Source of the DNA: Sediminibacterium sp.
GTDB taxonomy: Bacteria > Bacteroidota > Bacteroidia > Chitinophagales > Chitinophagaceae
Length of the DNA: 32,528 nt
Direction of reading: 5' to 3'
Assembly (NCBI GenBank): GCA_044360985.1
Contig: JBIKJM010000001.1
Location: 1 to 32,528, forward strand
The translations under genes were made by a program, and so were the position numbers. The notes beneath the pieces are model-generated. The model did no database searches and was not told the origin of the DNA. It saw nothing but the letters and a program-made list of their open reading frames with translations. Below, piece after piece: positions 28,918 to 32,528 of the stretch (positions are counted from its first letter, which is position 1; each line of letters starts with the position of its first letter).

Positions 28918-29031
28918 GCAATCAAATTTTTATTAAGGTTTTGAAGTTAATACTTTTTCAAAAGCAATCATAAAAAAAATGACTAGCGTGAATTCACTCC
29001 CTTTTCCTATCAATTTATCGTAATATTGAGG

Positions 29032-30018
29032 ATGCATATCCTTATCGTTAACAATACTAGTATCCCAGTCAAGCAATATGGGGGAACCGAACGGGTTATT
29101 TGGTGGCTCGGAAAGCAGTTGGTTAAAATGGAGCACAAAGTCTCCTATTTGGTTGCTCCAGGTTCTTATTGCGATTTTGCAACGAGTGTGCATGTATTAA
29201 ATCATGATATTCCATTTAATCAACAAATACCTGCTGGTGTGGATCTGGTTCATTTAAACTGTAAGGTCAATGAGACCCCTAAGATCCCTTATATTTTCAC
29301 CTTACATGGCAATACCAATGACCAAAATCCATTGGATATAAATACGGTCTTTGTGTCAAAAAATCATGCAAGCAGATACGGCAGTGATTCTTATGTGCAT
29401 AATGGCATTGATCCGGATGATTATGGAGATCCAGGATTAGATCAAAAAAGAAATTATTTTCATTTTTTAGGTGACGCGGCATGGAGGGTAAAAAATGTAA
29501 GAGGTGCTATTAAGATCGCACAAGATGCAAAAATAAAATTAAGGATATTAGGCGGCAAAAGATTCAACTTCAATCAAGGCATTCGACTGACTTTTGATCC
29601 TCGCATACAGTTTGATGGGATGATTGGCGGTACAGAAAAAAATAACCTACTTAAAGGTTCAAAGGGCTTAATTTTTCCAGTCCTATGGAATGAGCCTTTT
29701 GGGTTATCTATTGTGGAGAGCCTCTATTTTGGATGTCCAGTCTTTGGCACGCCTTATGGCTCCTTAACAGAAATCATTCACCCAAGTGTGGGCATTACAA
29801 GCAATTCATTGAGTGCACTGGTAGAGGGCGTTCAACATGCAGGTCAATTTGATACAAAAACCTGTCACCAATATGTGATGGAGAATTTCACAAGTACACA
29901 AATGACAAAGGCATACCTTTCAAAGTATGAAACGGTATTGAATGGTCAACATTTAAATGCCCAACCCCCTATTCTAAAGGAAATACAAAGCATTAAATTC
30001 CTCCCTTTTCTGCCTTAA
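29032..30018 (+). CDS. Glycosyltransferase family 4
   Basis: IPVKQYGGTER, VHNGID, EPFGLSIVESL..G.PV. I prefer the ATG at 29032 over the upstream TTG at 29026. Confidence 0.9.
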   Translation: MHILIVNNTSIPVKQYGGTERVIWWLGKQLVKMEHKVSYLVAPGSYCDFATSVHVLNHDIPFNQQIPAGVDLVHLNCKVNETPKIPYIFTLHGNTNDQNPLDINTVFVSKNHASRYGSDSYVHNGIDPDDYGDPGLDQKRNYFHFLGDAAWRVKNVRGAIKIAQDAKIKLRILGGKRFNFNQGIRLTFDPRIQFDGMIGGTEKNNLLKGSKGLIFPVLWNEPFGLSIVESLYFGCPVFGTPYGSLTEIIHPSVGITSNSLSALVEGVQHAGQFDTKTCHQYVMENFTSTQMTKAYLSKYETVLNGQHLNAQPPILKEIQSIKFLPFLP

Positions 30019-30052
30019 ACTAAGTAACTTAGCTGTATAATATAGTTCTTTC

Positions 30053-31249
30053 ATGCCCTTAAATCAAAAGAACAAGGACTTAAGATTCGAAGCACTTTTC
30101 AATTCAGCATCAATGGGTATCATTGTAGTGAATGGAAAAGGGGATATTGTTATGTCGAATCATTTTGCAAATAATTTATTTGGTTATCAAGAGGATGAAA
30201 TTGTTTCCGCAAAGCTTGAAAAATTAATTCCCACTAGATACCACCACGCACATGTAGGTCATAGAGATGGTTTTATAGAAAAACCACAAGCAAGGTCAAT
30301 GGGCTCAGGCATGACGCTTCGAGCACTGAGAAAAGACAATACAGAATTTCCTGTTGAAATTAGTTTGGGTCATTTTGAAATAGAAGCTTCAAAATATGTG
30401 ATCGCCTTCATTTCTGATATTACCAAAAGACATGAATCTGAGGCAGAAATTAGAAAACTCAACACGAGTTTAGAAGAAAAAGTAGTGAGTAGAACCGAAG
30501 AATTACAAAAAACTTTACTTGAACTTCAAGCTTCCAAAGAAAGTCTAACAAAGTCACTAGAAAAAGAGAAGGAAGTCAACGACCTCAAATCTAGGTTCGT
30601 TTCCATGGCTTCGCATGAATTTAGAACACCATTGAGTACCATCCTTTCTTCCATATCCTTATTGGCGAAATATGAAACAACCGAAGATCAACCTAAACGA
30701 GATAAACATATTGATCGTATCAAGTCATCGGTTAAAACATTAACAGATATTTTGAATGAATTTTTATCCTTGGGTAAAATAGAGGAAGGCAAGGTTGAAA
30801 TTGAATTCGAAAACTTTGATATGAACGAATTTATGAATGGGGTGATAAACGAAATGAATGTCTTGTTAAAAAAAGGGCAAACCTTAATTTATGAAAACCA
30901 TGGCGTCACTAGCTGTTATTCCGATGCAGGATTATTAAAAAATGTGCTTATAAATTTAGTTTCAAATGCCATTAAATTTTCACCAGAAAATAAAGCCATT
31001 CAAATTGTAACGAGCTATAACGACAAGGAGATTCAAATAAAAATAATCGATCAGGGTATAGGCATACCAGAAAAAGACCAAATACATTTATTTGAAAGAT
31101 TTTTCAGGGCAACCAATGTGACCAATATTCAGGGCACAGGATTGGGTTTGCATATTGTAGGCAGGTATATAGATTTAATCAAAGGACATATAAGTTACCA
31201 AAGTGCATTAGAAACAGGAAGTATTTTTTGCATCACAGTTCCCAATTAA
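30053..31249 (+). CDS. Cytoplasmic PAS-domain sensor histidine kinase
   Basis: PAS domain (RKDNTEFPVEIS), H-box SHEFRTPL, N-box NLVSNAIKF, DQGIGI, GTGLGL; no transmembrane segment. Confidence 0.93.
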   Translation: MPLNQKNKDLRFEALFNSASMGIIVVNGKGDIVMSNHFANNLFGYQEDEIVSAKLEKLIPTRYHHAHVGHRDGFIEKPQARSMGSGMTLRALRKDNTEFPVEISLGHFEIEASKYVIAFISDITKRHESEAEIRKLNTSLEEKVVSRTEELQKTLLELQASKESLTKSLEKEKEVNDLKSRFVSMASHEFRTPLSTILSSISLLAKYETTEDQPKRDKHIDRIKSSVKTLTDILNEFLSLGKIEEGKVEIEFENFDMNEFMNGVINEMNVLLKKGQTLIYENHGVTSCYSDAGLLKNVLINLVSNAIKFSPENKAIQIVTSYNDKEIQIKIIDQGIGIPEKDQIHLFERFFRATNVTNIQGTGLGLHIVGRYIDLIKGHISYQSALETGSIFCITVPN

Positions 31250-31270
31250 CAAAATCAAATTTAAAGCAAG

Positions 31271-32335
31271 ATGTACATGGAAAAGATATTACTGATCGAA
31301 GACAATGAGGCATTGAGAGAAAATACCGCTGAAATCTTAGCCCTTGCTAATTATGAAGTGATTACAGCAGAAAATGGTAAGCTAGGTGTTGAAATGGCAA
31401 GAATGCATCAACCCAATTTGATTATATGTGACATCATGATGCATGTATTAGATGGATATGGCGTTTTTCAAATCATGAAAAAGGAATTGGATTTACAAAA
31501 AATCCCATTCATATTTTTAACGGCAAAAAGTGAACGTAGTGATTTTAGAAAAGGAATGGAAATGGGTGCAGATGATTTTATTACCAAACCATTTACAGAC
31601 GCAGAACTCATCAATGCCATTCATACAAGACTAGAAAAAGCAAAACAAAATAAAGCAAATTCAGTAAAAGGTATTGAGTGTTGGTACCAAATTCTAACGG
31701 ACTTAGGCAAGAAAGACGAAATGCAAAACACAATTGTTCAACATGATATAGTTGAATACAAAAAGAAGCAAATTATATATGCAGAAGGGCAACATCCCAA
31801 CAAACTATATTATATTGAATCCGGCAAAGTAAAAATTTACAAGACGAGTGAATCAGGAAAGGAATTTATTACTAGTTTATTATCTGCAGGTGATTTTTTT
31901 GGCCATATCACATTGCTTGAAAATAAAACCTACTTAGAATTTGCAGAAACCTTAGAAGAATCAAAGATCCGTGTCATACCTAAAAAGGAATTTGAAGATT
32001 TATTGAGTCAACACCAAGAGATTGCATTAAAAGTCATTAAATTATTAGCCAATAACATTGCAGAAAAAGAAGATCAATTGGTTGCATTGGCTTATCATAG
32101 TTTAAGAAAAAGAGTCGCTGATGCTTTATTGACATTGAAGAAAAAATTTGAACATCAAGATGGTGAATTGTTCTCAATCGCCATATCTAGAGAAGATTTA
32201 GCCAATATTGCAGGTACAGCAACCGAGAGTTTAATTAGAACACTAAGTGACTTTAAATCAGAAAAATTAATTAGTATAAAAGATGGTAAAATTACCCTCT
32301 TAGAAGAAAAGAAATTGGCGAGTCTGTTTAATTAA
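31271..32335 (+). CDS. Response regulator with receiver and Crp/Fnr (cNMP-binding, HTH) domains
   Basis: LIEDN, CDIMM, FLTAK, KPF; GDFFG; HTH SREDLANIAGTATESLIRTLSDF. Confidence 0.93.
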   Translation: MYMEKILLIEDNEALRENTAEILALANYEVITAENGKLGVEMARMHQPNLIICDIMMHVLDGYGVFQIMKKELDLQKIPFIFLTAKSERSDFRKGMEMGADDFITKPFTDAELINAIHTRLEKAKQNKANSVKGIECWYQILTDLGKKDEMQNTIVQHDIVEYKKKQIIYAEGQHPNKLYYIESGKVKIYKTSESGKEFITSLLSAGDFFGHITLLENKTYLEFAETLEESKIRVIPKKEFEDLLSQHQEIALKVIKLLANNIAEKEDQLVALAYHSLRKRVADALLTLKKKFEHQDGELFSIAISREDLANIAGTATESLIRTLSDFKSEKLISIKDGKITLLEEKKLASLFN

Positions 32336-32337
32336 TT

Positions 32338-32528
32338 TCATTTTGCATTCATTGCATCTAATTTTTGATCAATAGTATGTTTCCATTGAATGAATTCATT
32401 TTCTAAATAATTCACTTGTAGCTTATCCTTCTTGAGTAAGGCTTGGTCTATGGTTTTACTCACCTTAAGCGCCGAAATATCCATATTAATCAATTGCAAA
32501 GCCGACTCTCTATTTAAAATTTGCTGTT
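32338..32528 (-). CDS. 3' end of a hypothetical helical protein (truncated by window edge)
   Basis: Open frame ...QQILNRESALQLINMDISAL...LENEFIQWKHTIDQKLDAMNAK, with the stop at 32338-32340 converging on the regulator gene. Confidence 0.55.
   Translation of the reverse strand, partial: QQILNRESALQLINMDISALKVSKTIDQALLKKDKLQVNYLENEFIQWKHTIDQKLDAMNAK

Noticed and set aside
581-29482. Short shadow ORFs (581, 1633, 5463, 6350, 10827, 12127, 13839, 14257, 14562, 17799, 18859, 21174, 25570, 26967, 28077, 28933, 29297)
   Set aside because: All overlap well-supported longer CDSs, antisense or in another frame, and have no recognisable motifs.

Overview
AT-rich Bacteroidota-type DNA. The lineage is inferred from lipoprotein signal peptides, a T9SS C-terminal domain, a TAnnTTTG promoter element and a VPS10-like hydrolase. 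Bases 1-9200 are an accessory array of eight secreted, outer-membrane or lipoprotein genes, four with C-type-lectin-fold heads (FISUMP-like or DUF1566-like). The genes are separated by seven full or partial, same-orientation copies of a ~207 bp non-coding element. The element contains TGTGGC boxes, a GATTATCA/TGATAATC inverted repeat, a segment shaped like a tRNA 3' end and a terminator hairpin. I read this as a candidate att-site-delimited, integron-like cassette array of surface binding proteins; no integrase or intact tRNA is present in the window. One head domain also has DGR variable-region-like codon usage. The remainder holds a radical SAM/SPASM gene, a minus-strand cluster (3977 aa T9SS-secreted adhesin-like protein, small lipoprotein, O-antigen-ligase/TPR protein), a class IV aminotransferase, a VPS10/BNR hydrolase, a GT4 enzyme, a PAS kinase and a REC-Crp/Fnr regulator. 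All domain calls are by motif recognition; no searches were run.
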